Positions 39,725-54,162 are shown, numbered from the stretch's first letter. The stretch: DNA of 64,000 nucleotides from Eledone cirrhosa (GCA_964016885.1 OZ024740.1:254572001-254636000); one strand, 5' to 3'. Notes: generated by a model not told the origin, from the letters alone. Numbers and translations: made by a program.

Positions 39725-41155
39725 TATAGAATAATCAAAACATTTTATTGCTGACAATCGTTTCTTCCAAACTTTCGTTTAGACATAATTAACCTCCTAT
39801 TCCACAGAAAAATTGTAAAGATACGTAGATGTTAGTGTTGTCATTAACAGTGTCATATTTAAAGAGTGAAGATGATGTGGTCAGTATCAGTGGATGCGAC
39901 AAAGATTATAAAAGAATAATACAACAATTATAGTGGAATTAAAGAAGAAAGTTACTCGCAAAACGAGGACATTAGCAGTACATATGCAAGCGTATAGAAA
40001 GAGTGCAGATGTGTTTAGGCATGTACTGAATAACAGAAACAAGCAATGGTACTAAGCATATATAACACAGTATGGCAAAGGTATCACATAATACAATACA
40101 GGTATAAAACCATATTAAGCAGACAGAGATGCTTGTGTATGAAAAGCAGTTTCTATGAAGTTTATGGTGGATATAGTGTGATAATTGTTCTGGTAATGTT
40201 CAAATGTGCATGTGTTGTGAGTATTAATATTAAGGTTTTCCTTTTCATTACATTGGTTAAATTTTAGTAAATGTTTATCAGTAGTTACAACTATGGATTG
40301 TATATTAGTCCTATTACAATCTTATCAAGGGTTCGAGTTGTTCTAGAGTGATCTGTTTAATGGTTTAATTTCAGGAAGTGAATTAGAGATCTATATTAAG
40401 AGGAGCTAATGTGAAAGAGAGGTAATTGGCGGTTAATTTATATATGAGAAAAAAATGTATAGTTGTTTACAGCTCCAATTAGTTAAATTCTATGTGTTAA
40501 TATACAATATATTATGTTATAAGTGAATACTTTTATATAATGCTATTTATTTTTAAATTTATATATTTAATTTTAATCTTTTTTCCTATAATACATTAAA
40601 AGTCTCATTTTATTGCTACCTACCCATATATTAATTAAATGAATAAAATATTAGTAAGCTATAGTAGTTATATTAAATGGTGGTAACTTTATATTTATTC
40701 CTAATCGTTATTGTAGAGTATAAGATCTGAGATAAATAGGAGGTAAGAAGAGGAATGAGCTGATCATAGAGTGTGATACTGTGGGGGTAATTATATGCTG
40801 ATAAAACCTAGAGGTGAAGTGTTAACGGTGGTGAGGAATCCAGATCTAACATTGTTATATACTAGCAGCTAGGTTTGAAGTTGTGGAAAGAGTGTCGGTG
40901 GTAGTGTTGGCACGTGGAAAAATATCTGATTTACTATTTAAGAGGTTTAGCTTAGAATAGATTATAGTGCGGGTCTCTAGAAGACAGAGGTTACATAATT
41001 TATTCGGTGGTTTATACGATGCGGCCTTATCTATTACTTCCCATTGAAGTGTGTATGGTCTATTCTTAGTTTTCAGAGAGTGTATGTAGTTAGATAAAGA
41101 AGTGGAGTTGGCTAGATTGGAATAGGAGGTTAATTATATGACTAAAATTTGCTAG

Positions 41156-41202
41156 TGTTCCGATGATTCCAAACGAAAGTTTGGAAGAAACGATTGTCAG
41201 CA
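41156..41202 (+). ncRNA. Hammerhead with U4C change; partial inverted copy at 39720-39780
   Basis: TGTT-CCGATGA-TTCCAAAC(gaaa)GTTTGGAA-GAAA-CGATTG-TC|AGCA. Confidence 0.65.
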
Positions 41203-41918
41203 ATAAAATGTTTTGAACATAGTTTTGATTATTCTATAATTTATATTCCGGCTATGTAAAACATCTGATGTATTTACATCGAGGTAATAAGGTAGTAATG
41301 AATTACTGACCTTTCCTGTTCATAATTATATATAGTGTATATACAAGTATAAATAATATTCTTATTCTTATTATATATATATATATATATTCTTTTAAAA
41401 TATTTTTTTTAATATATATATGTGGTTGCGTGTGTATGTATATATGTATTTATGTGTGTGGTTATCTGCGTGCGTTCATTTGTATTTTTGCATGCTCCAA
41501 GCTGTTTATACTTCCACTGGACACACACATGCATGTTTCTATTTGTAGTTTTGCGTATGTGATTGTATTTATGTATAACTCTACGTGTGTGAGGTCTCCG
41601 TGTCATCATCATCATCATCATCATTTTACGTCCGCTTTTCCCTGCTTGCAAGGGTTGGACGGGTCCCATTCAGCACAGCATCTCTCCACTTATATGTATA
41701 TGTATATATATATATGTATATGATATATGTGAGTGTGTATATGTATTTGTATATGTCTGTATATATGTCTGTAGGCGTGTGTGTATCTGTATATGTGTAT
41801 TTTTTATGTATTATTTTTCTTACCCTTCTTTTCTTATGTATATTTCCCGTTTTTTCCAGCCTCACTTCCAATTTTTAACAGATTTTAAATCTCATTTCAT
41901 ATCTTTCATCTATAACAT

Positions 41919-41986
41919 CTCTTTCTGACGACCGATCCAGACGTAATATATTATCGTCTGTGATCCAGAAACCTTTGGTAATGGAG
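41919..41986 (+). ncRNA. Type I hammerhead, long stem II
   Basis: CTCTTT-CTGACGA-(GATC.CAGACG...CGTCTG.GATC)-GAAA-CC(ttt)GG-TA|ATGGAG. Confidence 0.7.
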
Positions 41987-42075
41987 TAGTTATATTGTGT
42001 GTTGTTCACTTTCTAATTATATTATATATATATATATAATATAAGATCAAAAGATGGTTAAAAGAGTTCCAAGTA

Positions 42076-42142
42076 TTTTATTATGCGAATTTCAAAAACA
42101 AATATCATCATGGGATGATATCTGCGTTTTCATCAGATAAAA
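42076..42142 (-). ncRNA. Type I hammerhead, long stem II
   Basis: TTTTAT-CTGATGA-(GCAGATATCATC ccat GATGATATTTGT)-GAAA-TTCGCA-TA|ATAAAA. Confidence 0.75.
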
Positions 42143-43489
42143 TAGGGATACATGATATGAAGCTTAAAAACACTTGTGAATAGTGAAGTTTTAAATCAAC
42201 ATATGAAAAATAATTTAAGATTGATGTATGAGATTTGGAAACAGTGAGGGGGTGGGGTGGAAAAGGTAAGGAAGAGGAGGAGTTGAGAGTAAAGAATGGT
42301 GGGGGAGGAGTATAAGAAGGAAGGATGAGAGAGGAGGAGAGATGGGTGATAGAGAAAGAGAGAGATAGCCTTTACAACTGAGAAAAAAATATATATTGTC
42401 TCACAGAGAGAAGTTAAAAAGCCGTTGGAAGATAATAGATAATTTAAAAAAATTTGAAATTAAAAGTTAATGAGGTTTATGCATGAAGAGAAAAAGGGAT
42501 TAAGAATAATATTAAATTAAGGTTTGTATATTGAAGGGTTTAATAATATGTGCGAGGAAAAGAAATTATTAATATGTATTATTAAAATAAAAATATTAAT
42601 GTTATTAAGGATATAACGTGAAAAGAAGTAGAAGAATGAATGAGTTATGAATTTAGAGGAATTAGTTAGTGTTTAAGTTTGTTTTTATGTAATGTAATAT
42701 GTGTACGTAATATATGTACGTAAATAGTTTGTTTAAAAATGAGCGCAGAAAGCAAAGAAGAAAAGAATGTTTAAGGAAGAATATATCTAACATCAAAAAA
42801 TATATGTGTTTACGAAATATTTTCTAATGGTAATAATATAATATATTAAAAGAAATTAGTTAGGGTTTAAGTTTGTTTTTATGTATTGTAATATGTAAAA
42901 GTCAAACGAGCATGAAAGGAAGAGATAAGGAATTTAAGTAAGAAAAATCTAACGTCAAAAAATGTTTATGTTTACGAAGGACTATTAAAGGTAATACTAT
43001 AATGTATTAAAAAAATAATAATAATTTTTATGGCCAATGATATGAAGAAAGATGGAAGAATTGATAATGTTGTGGTGAGTAATAATAAGAATTGAGAAGT
43101 AGTTAGGAAGAAAAAGTACAGATTAGAGGTTAGAAATTAAAAAGAAAAGAGGAAGGAAGGAAAGGGATAAAGAGGAATGATATAGAATGAGTAACTTGTA
43201 TTATATAATATATAATAAATAATATTGAAATAAGGTAGAAAGATGGGTATATTTTTAAAAGATATATAAGCCTTTGAGAAAAAGGATTTTAAACTAGTAA
43301 GGTATTAGATATTAGCTGTATACTTTATGGAATGTTCTGTGGAATTTATGCAAGCAGAGAGAAAATAAATCAGTGCGTCTATTTATTATAGAATTGAAAT
43401 TAGATATAATGGTACTATTATATAATGATACCATGCTACTTATCCGATATTTGCATTGCTTTATTGTGCTTCAATAAAACTCACCTCCT

Positions 43490-43528
<39 letters not shown>

Positions 43529-43691
43529 ATGTAAAAGGTAAACAGAAATAACAACACAATCGGTACAGTATATGGAAGGGGTATATTAGGTTAACGCTTG
43601 ATATAGCAGGAAGAGGGTCTTATATATATAATATATATATATATAAATGAAAAGTATAGAAATTATTGTAGCAAGAAGCCAACAGTATTCC

Positions 43692-43722
<31 letters not shown>

Positions 43723-43727
<5 letters not shown>

Positions 43728-44167
43728 TGTATATATAGTGTATTTTGAAATACACTGTATGCTTAATTAAAAGCATTTCGAAGACCTTACGCTATTGTTT
43801 TAGAGTAGTGACAGTCTCACTTACTTTAATTTTCAGCAAACAGGGGAGATAAAGCTGACAGCTCTGTTTCGTACTTTTTGGCGCTTACCAAAGCTAAGTA
43901 CTCCGCCTGTTTGCTGAAAATCATGAATGTTTGATTCTTATAGAATCCTAGTAATAATCAGGAACTGATTATACAGAGCGGTTGCCGGTCAAGCAGAAAT
44001 TGAAAATTAGAATTGAAATAGTGATATATATATGAATGTATCTCCCCTGTTTGCTGAAAATTAAAGTAAGTGAGACTGTCACTACTCTAAAACAATAGCG
44101 TAAGGTCTTCGAAATGCTTTTAATTAAGCATACAGTGTATTGCAAAATACGCTATATATACATTCAT
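43723..44167. repeat. Fold-back repeat in (TA)n; third copy at 60388-60578
   Basis: 43723-43850 is the reverse complement of 44040-44167. Confidence 0.88.
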
Positions 44168-44194
44168 ACATATATCGCTATTTCAGAGCACCAA

Positions 44195-44267
<73 letters not shown>

Positions 44268-44383
44268 AGTTTTGCAAGAGATTTCAACATAAATGGACCT
44301 GTTATTTTTATCTGAAGACGTTTTTTTCCAATTCCAACCCGCCCGTCCCCTCAATCTATCAATCTATCTTATTTCTCATTCTT

Positions 44384-44418
44384 TCTTCTGATGAAGGACT
44401 AGCGTCCGAAACGTTAAA

Positions 44419-44419
<1 letters not shown>
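44384..44419 (+). ncRNA. Minimal hammerhead
   Basis: CTGATGA-A-GGAC(tagc)GTCC-GAAA-CGT-TA; weak stem I. Confidence 0.7.
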
Positions 44420-44487
<68 letters not shown>

Positions 44488-45100
44488 GTGTGGCATCAAT
44501 AAAACAGGGAAAACCACCAGTGTAAGGAATCTATACTCTATGGAAGGCAGGGTAGACACAGAATAATTAAAAATATAAATTAAAATGCATATACGCACCT
44601 CTATAACTATATAACACACACGTACAAATCCAAAGAGATCTGTTTCGCCAGGAAGTTGTTGACTGAAATGGAATCATCTATGGGTCATCAGCGCGTGTAA
44701 GACGATAGATTTCAGACAACTCTAAGAAAATCTAAGACAACCGTCCAACAACTAGCGGCAAAGAGATGTGACAGCGTGCGTAGGTCAGTGAACCAGTGGT
44801 ATCTGAGGGAAGCGCAGCTAGAAAGGGCAGCCCAAAAACCGCGTGTTGCTGGACGGTTGTCTTGGATTTTCTTAGAGTTTTCTGGAATCTATCGTCTTAC
44901 ACGCGACACGCGCTGATGACCCATAAACGATTCCATTTCAGTCAACAACTTCCTGGCGAAACAGATCTCTTTGGATTTGTACGCGTGTGTTATATAGATT
45001 TTAATTTATATTTTTAATTATTGTGTGTCTACCCTGCCTTCCATAGGTTATAGATTCCATACACTGGTGGTTTTTCCCTGTTTTATTGATGGCACAATAT
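44488..45100. repeat. Fold-back palindrome with HHRs at 44616-44698(-) and 44906-44988(+); single-arm copy at about 47540-47872
   Basis: Arms 44488-44758 / 44839-45100; the spacer is the upstream continuation of the left arm, as shown by the 47540 copy. Confidence 0.88.
44906..44988 (+). ncRNA. Type I hammerhead; also at 44616-44698(-) and 47677-47759(+)
   Basis: ACACGCG-CTGATGA-C-CCA...TGG-C-GAAA-CAGATC(tctttg)GATTTG-TA|CGCGTGT. Confidence 0.78.
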
Positions 45101-45139
45101 ATCTCTCTCTCTCTCTAGTGTGTTACCCCTTCAACATAT

Positions 45140-45210
<71 letters not shown>

Positions 45211-45247
45211 CAAAAAAGATGCTGAGGTTACATATATCGTTTAATCA

Positions 45248-45432
45248 TAATTGTTTCTACTTTAGGCACAAGGCCAGCAATTACCCCCAGTGCATTGCTG
45301 GTACTTTATTTTATCTACCCCGTAAGGATGAAAGGCAAAGTTAACCTCGGCGGGATTTGAACTCAGACCGTAAAGTGACGTAACTATGCTGGAAAGCATG
45401 GCGTCCGACCTTCTACTGATACTGCCAATCCC
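45248..45432 (-). mobile_element. SINE family 1
   Basis: Full head, core and tail. Confidence 0.8.
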
Positions 45433-45767
45433 CCTTACTCATAATAATTATTTCCACGGTTCTTCATGCAATCGAGATGTCCTTCATGCATTTGCTGTTG
45501 ATTATGAGAACGGTATCCTCAGATGAAAATCGATATATTTGATATGTCGCTGGCAGGAAAACACACGTCTATTGCCTGTGTGCTCAGCATACATATGAGT
45601 TCCTTGAAGGATTTGCAAGCCGTCGTGTTAGCTAGAAAAAAGTTATAAACGAAAAAGACTGTGTGCAGCCAAAACCCAGTAGACAGTGGAAGCAATAAGT
45701 GGAGCTCTGAGGGGGAGTGGGGTATATATTTTGTTGACAACTACCTATAGACAACAACTACAACAAC

Positions 45768-45799
<32 letters not shown>

Positions 45800-46445
45800 T
45801 AACGACAATAACATCAGACCACCGACCAATGCTGTCCACACTGGTCGCAATAGTCATGGTGATACCACTACCCTAGTGACAACAACAACTAAAGTAACAG
45901 CTACAGTAAACACTTACAACGACAACAACAACAACAAACGACAACAACAGCAAAAACACAGACCAGCATCGTGTATACAGTTCGTAGTCGTCACAGTGAC
46001 GGTACCACCCTGTCGACAATAAACAGTGATAACGCCAAAGCAATGAAAAGGAGTTCAGAGGCAGGTGGGTACATAGAGTTGGTGATATAAATCACCATGA
46101 CCATATATAGCAACAACAACAATGGTAACGGCAACAAGCACCAACACTGCCCATCACCCAACCAGTTCGTCATAGTAGTGGTGGTATCATCTATGTTAGT
46201 ATTAAGCCATTGGTAAGACCACCACCACCAACATCAACACCAGTGATGAGGGTTGATAAGAAACACAGCACCGCCCTCTCAGAACTAGTGTCACGTCTCA
46301 AACATGATAACGTAGAATTCACCTTGTCGTGGTCCAAGGTGGCCTCGGCTTAATACTAACATAGATGATACCACCACTACTACGACGAACGGGGTGGGTG
46401 ATGGGCGGTGTTGGTGCTTGTTGCCGTTACCATTGTTGTTGTTCA

Positions 46446-46873
46446 GCTCTACATGGCTGAATACAATAAATGTATTGTATTCAGCCATGTAGAGCGAAAT
46501 TTTCTTTTTTATTTGAATTTGGCAAAGCCGGCCATTTATTGCTGATATGCCAGTCTGCTGATATGCAAATCTGGCTGATCAGTGGATCTGCTAATATGCA
46601 GATCTGACTGATCAGCCAGTCTGCTAATATGCAAATCAGGCCGATCAGCCACTGTGTATTTTTGAAAATAGCATATATTTTCACTAGTTCTGAGAGTTTG
46701 GCAGATGAACAGTGAGCTGTACTGATGAAGGGTGATACCCAGAAACATTAGTGTCTGCAGTTCTGTTCGCATGCCAATACAAGAGCAAGAATGAAGTGTT
46801 CATTCTACTGACATGGCTATAAAATTGAGGCTTGTTTGCATAATTGCAAACGAATCGAATGTTATTATTAATA
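46446..46873 (+). mobile_element. Retrozyme-like element, 438-bp family, copy 1
   Basis: Shared with 48686-49066 and 57812-58376; one HHR; internal repeats of about 33 bp. Confidence 0.75.
46714..46763 (+). ncRNA. Type I hammerhead ribozyme
   Basis: GAGCTGTA-CTGATGA-A-GGGT(gat)ACCC-A-GAAA-CA(ttag)TG-TC|TGCAGTTC; 8-bp stem I. Confidence 0.85.
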
Positions 46874-47421
46874 CTAGCCGGAAAACCACCAGAAGGGTAG
46901 TTTTTCTGCTAGCATGTGTAGTGTGTATATTGATATAATACGCAGGTATATACGCATGTAGATATGATCAAATAAAATCGTAATTGACAATATCCACAGA
47001 AATTGAACGAAGACTGTGTTACACTGTCTTATGAAATCATTAACGTAATCCATGATACATTAAAAAGACGATATTATAAACTGCATTAGGAGAAAATTAG
47101 TGACAGAAAATTAGCATGTTTATTTAAGCAATGGCCCACCAGAAGTATTGACATTTCAGAAATTTTAAAGAAGTGAACCTTTAAATAAACAAAATATATT
47201 TAATCAACAGCCACGAAATTTAGTAGATAAATTATGTAATATTCATTCATTGCGACCCTTTATGATCTGAGTTCAAATCCCGCCGAGGTTAACTTTGCTT
47301 TTCATCCTTACGGGGTCAATAAAATAAAGTACCAGTAATAAACTGGAATAATTGCTGGCCTTGTGCCAAAAGTAGAAACAATTATTTATTCAAAGTAATC
47401 CAAAATATTTTACTAATGGGA
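46874..47421 (-). mobile_element. Candidate Helitron-like element copy 2, with SINE family 1 at about 47255-47385
   Basis: Same ends and body as 24877-25570. Confidence 0.55.
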
Positions 47422-48685
47422 TAAAAAATGACAGGGAATAGCGAGAGTCTATGGCTCCGTTAATTTATCGTGATATTTCGCTCCTTATAACAGTCTCTCC
47501 TCTCTCTCTGTTTGGTTGAGCACACTTCTCTGAGTGGTTTTGGGCTGCCCTTTCTAGCAGCTCGTCCCTCAGACACCACTGGTTCACTGCACTAAATACG
47601 CTGTGACATCTCTCTCCCACGTGTAGCTGGACGGTTGCTTTAAATTCTCTTAGACTTGTCTGAAATGTATGGCCTTGCACACGCTGATGAACCATGAGCT
47701 ATTCCATTTCAGTCAACAACTTCTTGGCGAAACAGATCTCTTTGGATTTGTACGTGCGTGTTATATAGTTATAGAGGTACGTAAACACATTTTAATTTAT
47801 ATTTTTAATTATTGTGTCTACACTGCCTTTCATAGATTATAGATTCCACACACTGGTGGTTTTTCCCTGTTTTATATATATATATATAAAACATGGATTC
47901 TATGGACATAATTTATAGTATATTGCTCTGATTATTTAATTTATTAATTCATCATTGAGCCACATCGTGAATGGTTGCCAAAAACATATATATCTATGAC
48001 TTTGTCTAGTTTGTGTATGTGTAAATCTTTATATTTGATATTCTCCCATAAGGTTGAGATGCAATTTAGGCAATATTAGGCTGCGCTTTCTAGCAACCAG
48101 GCCCACTCGCCGTAAGGCACCAATCACATTCTTTCTGACTTGACCACTGCCACGTCACAGTTCTTAGCCATTTTGAATTCGTTTCTGGCGGGGATCATTT
48201 AAGAAAAATCTTCGTCCAAGTGAGTCAAACAAAGTTGTTTCTTAGATCGGAATTACTACTGTAGTAGGTAAGGGGTTGTATGCTTGCACTGCTGGCGGCC
48301 ATTCGACGTCTTCTTTGTCTTTAGGCGCCCTCGTCCACACGGATCACGTCCACATCCGCAACTGTATTGTATGCGACAATCACCGTAAATAATGCTTGGA
48401 GGGAATTTTTCAAACAAGTTAGAAAAATATTTAGCATAACGGTTCACGAACACAGACTCAGAATACCTTAAAACATACATATTTCAAAAAGAAAAACTCT
48501 GTACAAAGAACGTTTTTAAATGAATGCTTGGAATAGCCTTAAAAAAGGTTATTTCGAAGGTATTTTTGATATACACATATCTAAACTCACACACTGTACT
48601 CAGGGAAGCGAGTATAGTTAAGACGCTGCACATATATACACAAATGTATGTTTGCGTGGACACACATACATACATACATGTATCC

Positions 48686-49066
48686 GCTCACTGTTCACCT
48701 GCCAAACTGTCAGAGCTAGTGAAAATATATGCTATTTTCAAAAATACACAGTGTCTGATCGGCCTGATTTGCATATTAGCAGACTGGTTGATCAGTCAGA
48801 TATGCATACTAGCAGATCCACAGCTCTGACAGTTTGGCAGGTGAACATTGAGCTGTACTGATGAACGGTGATACCCAGAAACATTAGTGTCTGCAGTTCT
48901 GTTCGCATGCCAACATAAGAGCAAGAATGAAGTGTTCATTTTACTGAAATGGCTATAACATTGAGGCTTGTTCGCAAAATTGCAAACGAATCGAATGTTA
49001 TTATTAATATTCGAAAAACTCAGATTACATTTATTGTATTCAGCCATGTAGAACGAAGTTTTCTTT
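48686..49066 (+). mobile_element. 438-bp family copy 2 with 5' inversion; HHR at 48850-48899
   Basis: 48686-48820 is the reverse complement of the upstream part of the monomer. Confidence 0.75.
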
Positions 49067-49150
49067 TATATATATATATGTATATATAGTAATAACATGT
49101 GCAGAGGGAACACACGAGTTAGGATATGTATATATATATATATATATATA

Positions 49151-50283
49151 TGAAAATAGGGAGAAAAAGACGATTATTAGGAAGAAAAATATATTTTTTT
49201 CCTTTTTATTTTTTTCTCTCTTTTTTTCTGGGTTAGAAAATGATTAAAACGAAATATTTTACTTTGTGTGAAGTGTTAAGGTATTGGTTGATTTATTTAT
49301 TAATTAACAATGGTATTTATTTATTTATTTATTTATTTAATAATTGTCTATTACCGGTTTCAGCATTTTTATGCATTATCAAATGATAATAATATGTATT
49401 GGTGTAAAATGTTGGTGTTGAACATGGTAAAGAAATGGTGCAGAAAGAATAATGTTATTTACAAACAAGGTTTATGAAGTGAAAAGAAAAAAGAAAAAAG
49501 GGGCGTAATGTGAAACATAATAAGGCAATGTGAAAGAAAAAATAATATTATTTACAGGCATAGTTCTTGAAGATAATCAGATCAAAATGTGTTAATTAAT
49601 TAATACACTTATCAGCAGAAACTGCCCTAAAACTCGACATACAGGAACTCAGACACCCCAAACCCAGGAATGAACCGCAACTGAAAACTCTACCATACAT
49701 CTCCACACACAATCCCCTCAAGAATGAGGCATTCGACACCATCCTCCAGAACATTCCTTTACTAAAAGGAGACCCAAGAATGAACAAAATCCTCCAAACA
49801 CACAACATCATAAAGAGCAAAAGACAACCTAAATCCATAAAAAAACATCCTCACACAAGCCAAAATCCGGTAATTATGCCTGTAAAAACTATGCCTGTAA
49901 ATAATATTATTTCTTCTTTCCCATAGCCTTATTATGTTTCACATTACGCCCCTTTTTTTCTTTTTTCTTTTCACTTTCTTAAACCTTGTTTGTAAATAAC
50001 ATTCTTTCTGCACCATTTCTTTACCATGTTCAACACCACCATTTTACACCAATACATATTATTATCAGTTGATAATGCATAAAAATGCTGAAACCGGTAA
50101 TAGACAATTATTAAATATATAAATAAATAAATAAATGCCATTGTTAATTAATAAATAAATCAACCAATACCTTAACACTTCACACAAAGTAAAATATTTC
50201 GTTTTAATCATTTTCTAACCCAGAAATAAGAGAGAAAAAAAATATTTTTCTTCCTAATAATCGTCTTTTTCTCCCTATTTTCA
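49151..50283. repeat. Fold-back of PLE pLTRs around a PLE ORF fragment; U3-A8 HHRs at 49348-49386(-) and 50065-50103(+)
   Basis: Arms 49151-49565 / 49887-50283; centre 49620-49860 is similar to the reverse complement of 52300-52540. Confidence 0.88.
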
Positions 50284-50295
50284 TATATATATATA

Positions 50296-50936
<641 letters not shown>

Positions 50937-50939
50937 AAC

Positions 50940-53345
50940 AACTAGTGGAAAGGGAAAAGATTTTTTCCGTAGAAAATGTTGAAGAGACATTTTTAGTGAA
51001 GTTTGAAAGCATTAATTTATTTACAATACCGGTTTCAGCATTAAATGCATTATCAATTGCGGATATGCAGAATATTGTTAAGTTACATATTTGTACAAAT
51101 AGTGAAGATAATGATAATAACAAAAAAAAAGAAAATATAAAGATGGGAAGAAAAGTTAATTTTCACATACGTTTTCATTCAGAGAGGAAAGTCATTTTGT
51201 CAGTCCTACTTTCTCTGCTAATGGCTTTGTTGTGACTGAAGAGGGAAGAGGCAGAAGGAGAGAGGAGAAGAAGAAGGAGGGGGGAGGTAGGGGAAGGTTG
51301 ATTGTGGCTGCAGACTGTTATGTGGGACCCTTTGAATAGTGGATACAAGGTTTGGCTGGGATTGGTTTGAAAGGCTGGGTGACCTTAGAGTTGACCGGGG
51401 GGGGGGGGTGTAGGTGGGGGTGCTTCTAAAAATATCTATCTTGGCGTTTTTTCTTAGAAGAAATCAATATTGACCTTGTTTTTTTGCCACAAAGAAGATT
51501 CAGAGTTATTGAAATATTAATTCCATCCCTAGCAGTAATTTTTGATTTAGGGGGATGGAGAAAATTTTGCTATAAAGAGGGGCTCAGAATCACTGGAATA
51601 CCCATTGTATCTTCAGCAAAAGCTTCCAGATTCAGGGGCATGTAAAGCATTTAGTTTGGCACCTGAATGTTTCCATTTATCCGATTATCTCCGTGGAGGT
51701 CCTCCAGGACTTGCTGATGTGGGTGTTACTATGTGGTTGCTTGATCTGCATTATATAGTTGTCAGAGGTTGATGGAATCTTGGAGAAGGATTCATTGCTA
51801 AAGGGTTAACATGCCTAAGGTGTTGATTTTAAAGTGTGCCAGCTTTGGTTTATCCGAAGTGGAAGCATTTAGAAGGGGTTCGTATTTGGCGATAAATTGT
51901 GATTCCTTGCTAATACGTTGGATGTAGGAAGCGTTGTCTTTGAATTTGTAGATGGAAAAAATTCTAAAATTGGGTTGTTCATTGGATGCGCAGGTCGCGA
52001 TGTGTTTCAATTAGTGCTATCTTTCTGTATTACCGTATTTTGATTTGGGATCTATCGACGGTCATACGTTGTCGGAGACTACATAAGCAGACCAAAAACT
52101 GGTCTGCCTATGTAGTGCTCTCGACAACACGAGCAGGTCAACACATAGATCAGATTTTCTGATGCACATGTGAAATTGCACTTAACTGTAAAGTGTTGTC
52201 CTTGTTTGAAGTGGAACTCCGATCCCTCTATTAGATTGGTACATATACCACAGTTGGGTCTTCCGCATTTTTTTTACTGTAGGGTTCATTGTGGGGTCAG
52301 CTTGTGTAAGGTTGTTTATTATTGATTTAGGTTGTCTTTTGCTCTTTATGATTTTGTGCGTTTGGAGGATTTGGTTCACTCTTAAGTCTCTTTTTAATAA
52401 AGGTATGTTCTGGAGGATAGTGTCGAATGCCTCATTGTTAAGGGGGTTGTGTGAGGAGATGTATGGTAGAGTTTTCAGTTTTGATTCATTCCTTGGTTTG
52501 GGGTGTCTAAGTTCCTGGATGTTGAGTTTTAGGGCACGTTGGAATCCACGTTATTGATTAGGATGGTGGGTAATTCCTGCTAATATGTGTTCTTTAATCC
52601 TTCTAGTCGTATGTAGCATGTGTATCTATCAGATACTATTGTACAGATCCTTTTGGCTAGGTTATAGGGAATGCTCATTTTGGTGTGTCTAGGGTGGCAT
52701 GAGTTGAATGGAAGATACTGTTTGGAGTTTGTGGGTTTATAGTATATGTCTGTTTCTATTTGTTTTGTTGGTTTTCTTGATAAGGATGTCGAGGAAAGGA
52801 AGTTGTTCGTGGCTGTATTCCATTGTAAATTGAATGTTTGAGTTGAGTCCATTTAGAAGTGTTTTAAATTCAAAAAGCCTTTCTATGCTTTCATGCCAGA
52901 GGATGAAGCAATCATCCAAATATCTCTTCCAATTTTTTTTTATCTGGAGGTAGAAGGGGTTTCCGTATTTATCTAGTAGTTTTCGGTAGAGGATGATTTC
53001 CAAGTATCCCATAACGAGGTTGGCGTAAGAGGGGCCGTTTTCGTTCCCATGGCAGTCCCGGATTTCTGTCGGTAGAATTTGTCATCGAATTCGAAGTAGT
53101 TATTCTCCAAGATAAACTTGAACCCTTCTATTCCGAATTCTTTTATGATGCGATGTGGGATTTCATTGGTGTAATTTTCTAACCAGAATTGGATTGCCTC
53201 TATTCCTAGGTTGTGTGGGATATTGGAATAAAGGTTGATTACATCAAAAGACACTAGTAGAGTATGTTCATTATTAAGTGTTTGGGGGAGGTGGTTGAGC
53301 ATATCGAGGTCGTCTCTTATGTAGCTTTTAATGTGTTTCAGGGAT
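50940..53345 (-). mobile_element. 5'-truncated Penelope-like element (RT + GIY-YIG) with 3' HHR at 51023-51060
   Basis: [61 protein letters not shown]; HHR GCAA-TTGATAA-T-GCAT(tta)ATGC-T-GAAA-CCGG-TA|TTGT. Confidence 0.88.
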
Positions 53346-53386
53346 ATATGTATATATGCGTGTATATATAAATATGTATATATATG

Positions 53387-53464
<78 letters not shown>

Positions 53465-53616
53465 TATGTATACGTACATACATATATGTATACAGACGTA
53501 CAGTAGTATGTATATATATACATACATGCACACATATATATATGTACGTATGGATTTACCGAACATTTATTATAATGCTCGGTGTGTTTGTAAACAAACT
53601 TCGTTTCATTTTTTCC

Positions 53617-53703
<87 letters not shown>

Positions 53704-53760
53704 TATATATACATATATATATCTACACGTATATATACATACATATATATATATATATAT

Positions 53761-53850
53761 ATCCCTGAAACACATTAAAAGCTACATAAGGGACGACCTC
53801 GATATGTTCAACACCTCCCTAAAACACTTAATAATGAACATACCCTACTA

Positions 53851-53854
<4 letters not shown>
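53761..53854 (+). repeat. Inverted copy of the PLE 5' truncation end (53250-53345)
   Basis: About 94-bp reverse complement starting at the same nucleotide, separated by about 415 bp of TA-rich sequence. Confidence 0.85.
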
Positions 53855-53924
<70 letters not shown>

Positions 53925-53965
53925 GAGAGAGTGTATATATATGAATATATATACATATATATATG

Positions 53966-54162
53966 TTATTAGAAATGTAAGCTATCGCCGTATTTTGACT
54001 AAAGAAATTAAAGAAATTATTTAGCCTGATGAGTATTGACGTACATGTACGTCAATACTCATCTTTTTCCATTTCTCCGAGGGTTCTTAACCCCACTATC
54101 AGGCTAAATAATTTCTTTAATTTCTTTAGTCAAAATACGGCGATAGCTTACATTTCTAATAA
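53966..54162. repeat. 65-bp perfect inverted repeat with an overlapping perfect hairpin (broken HHR)
   Basis: 53966-54030 / 54098-54162; hairpin at 54028-54063 follows CTGATGA. Confidence 0.9.

Noticed and set aside
48050-48480. GC-richer island as an exon or promoter
   Set aside because: No recognisable protein motif or convincing splice structure; left unassigned
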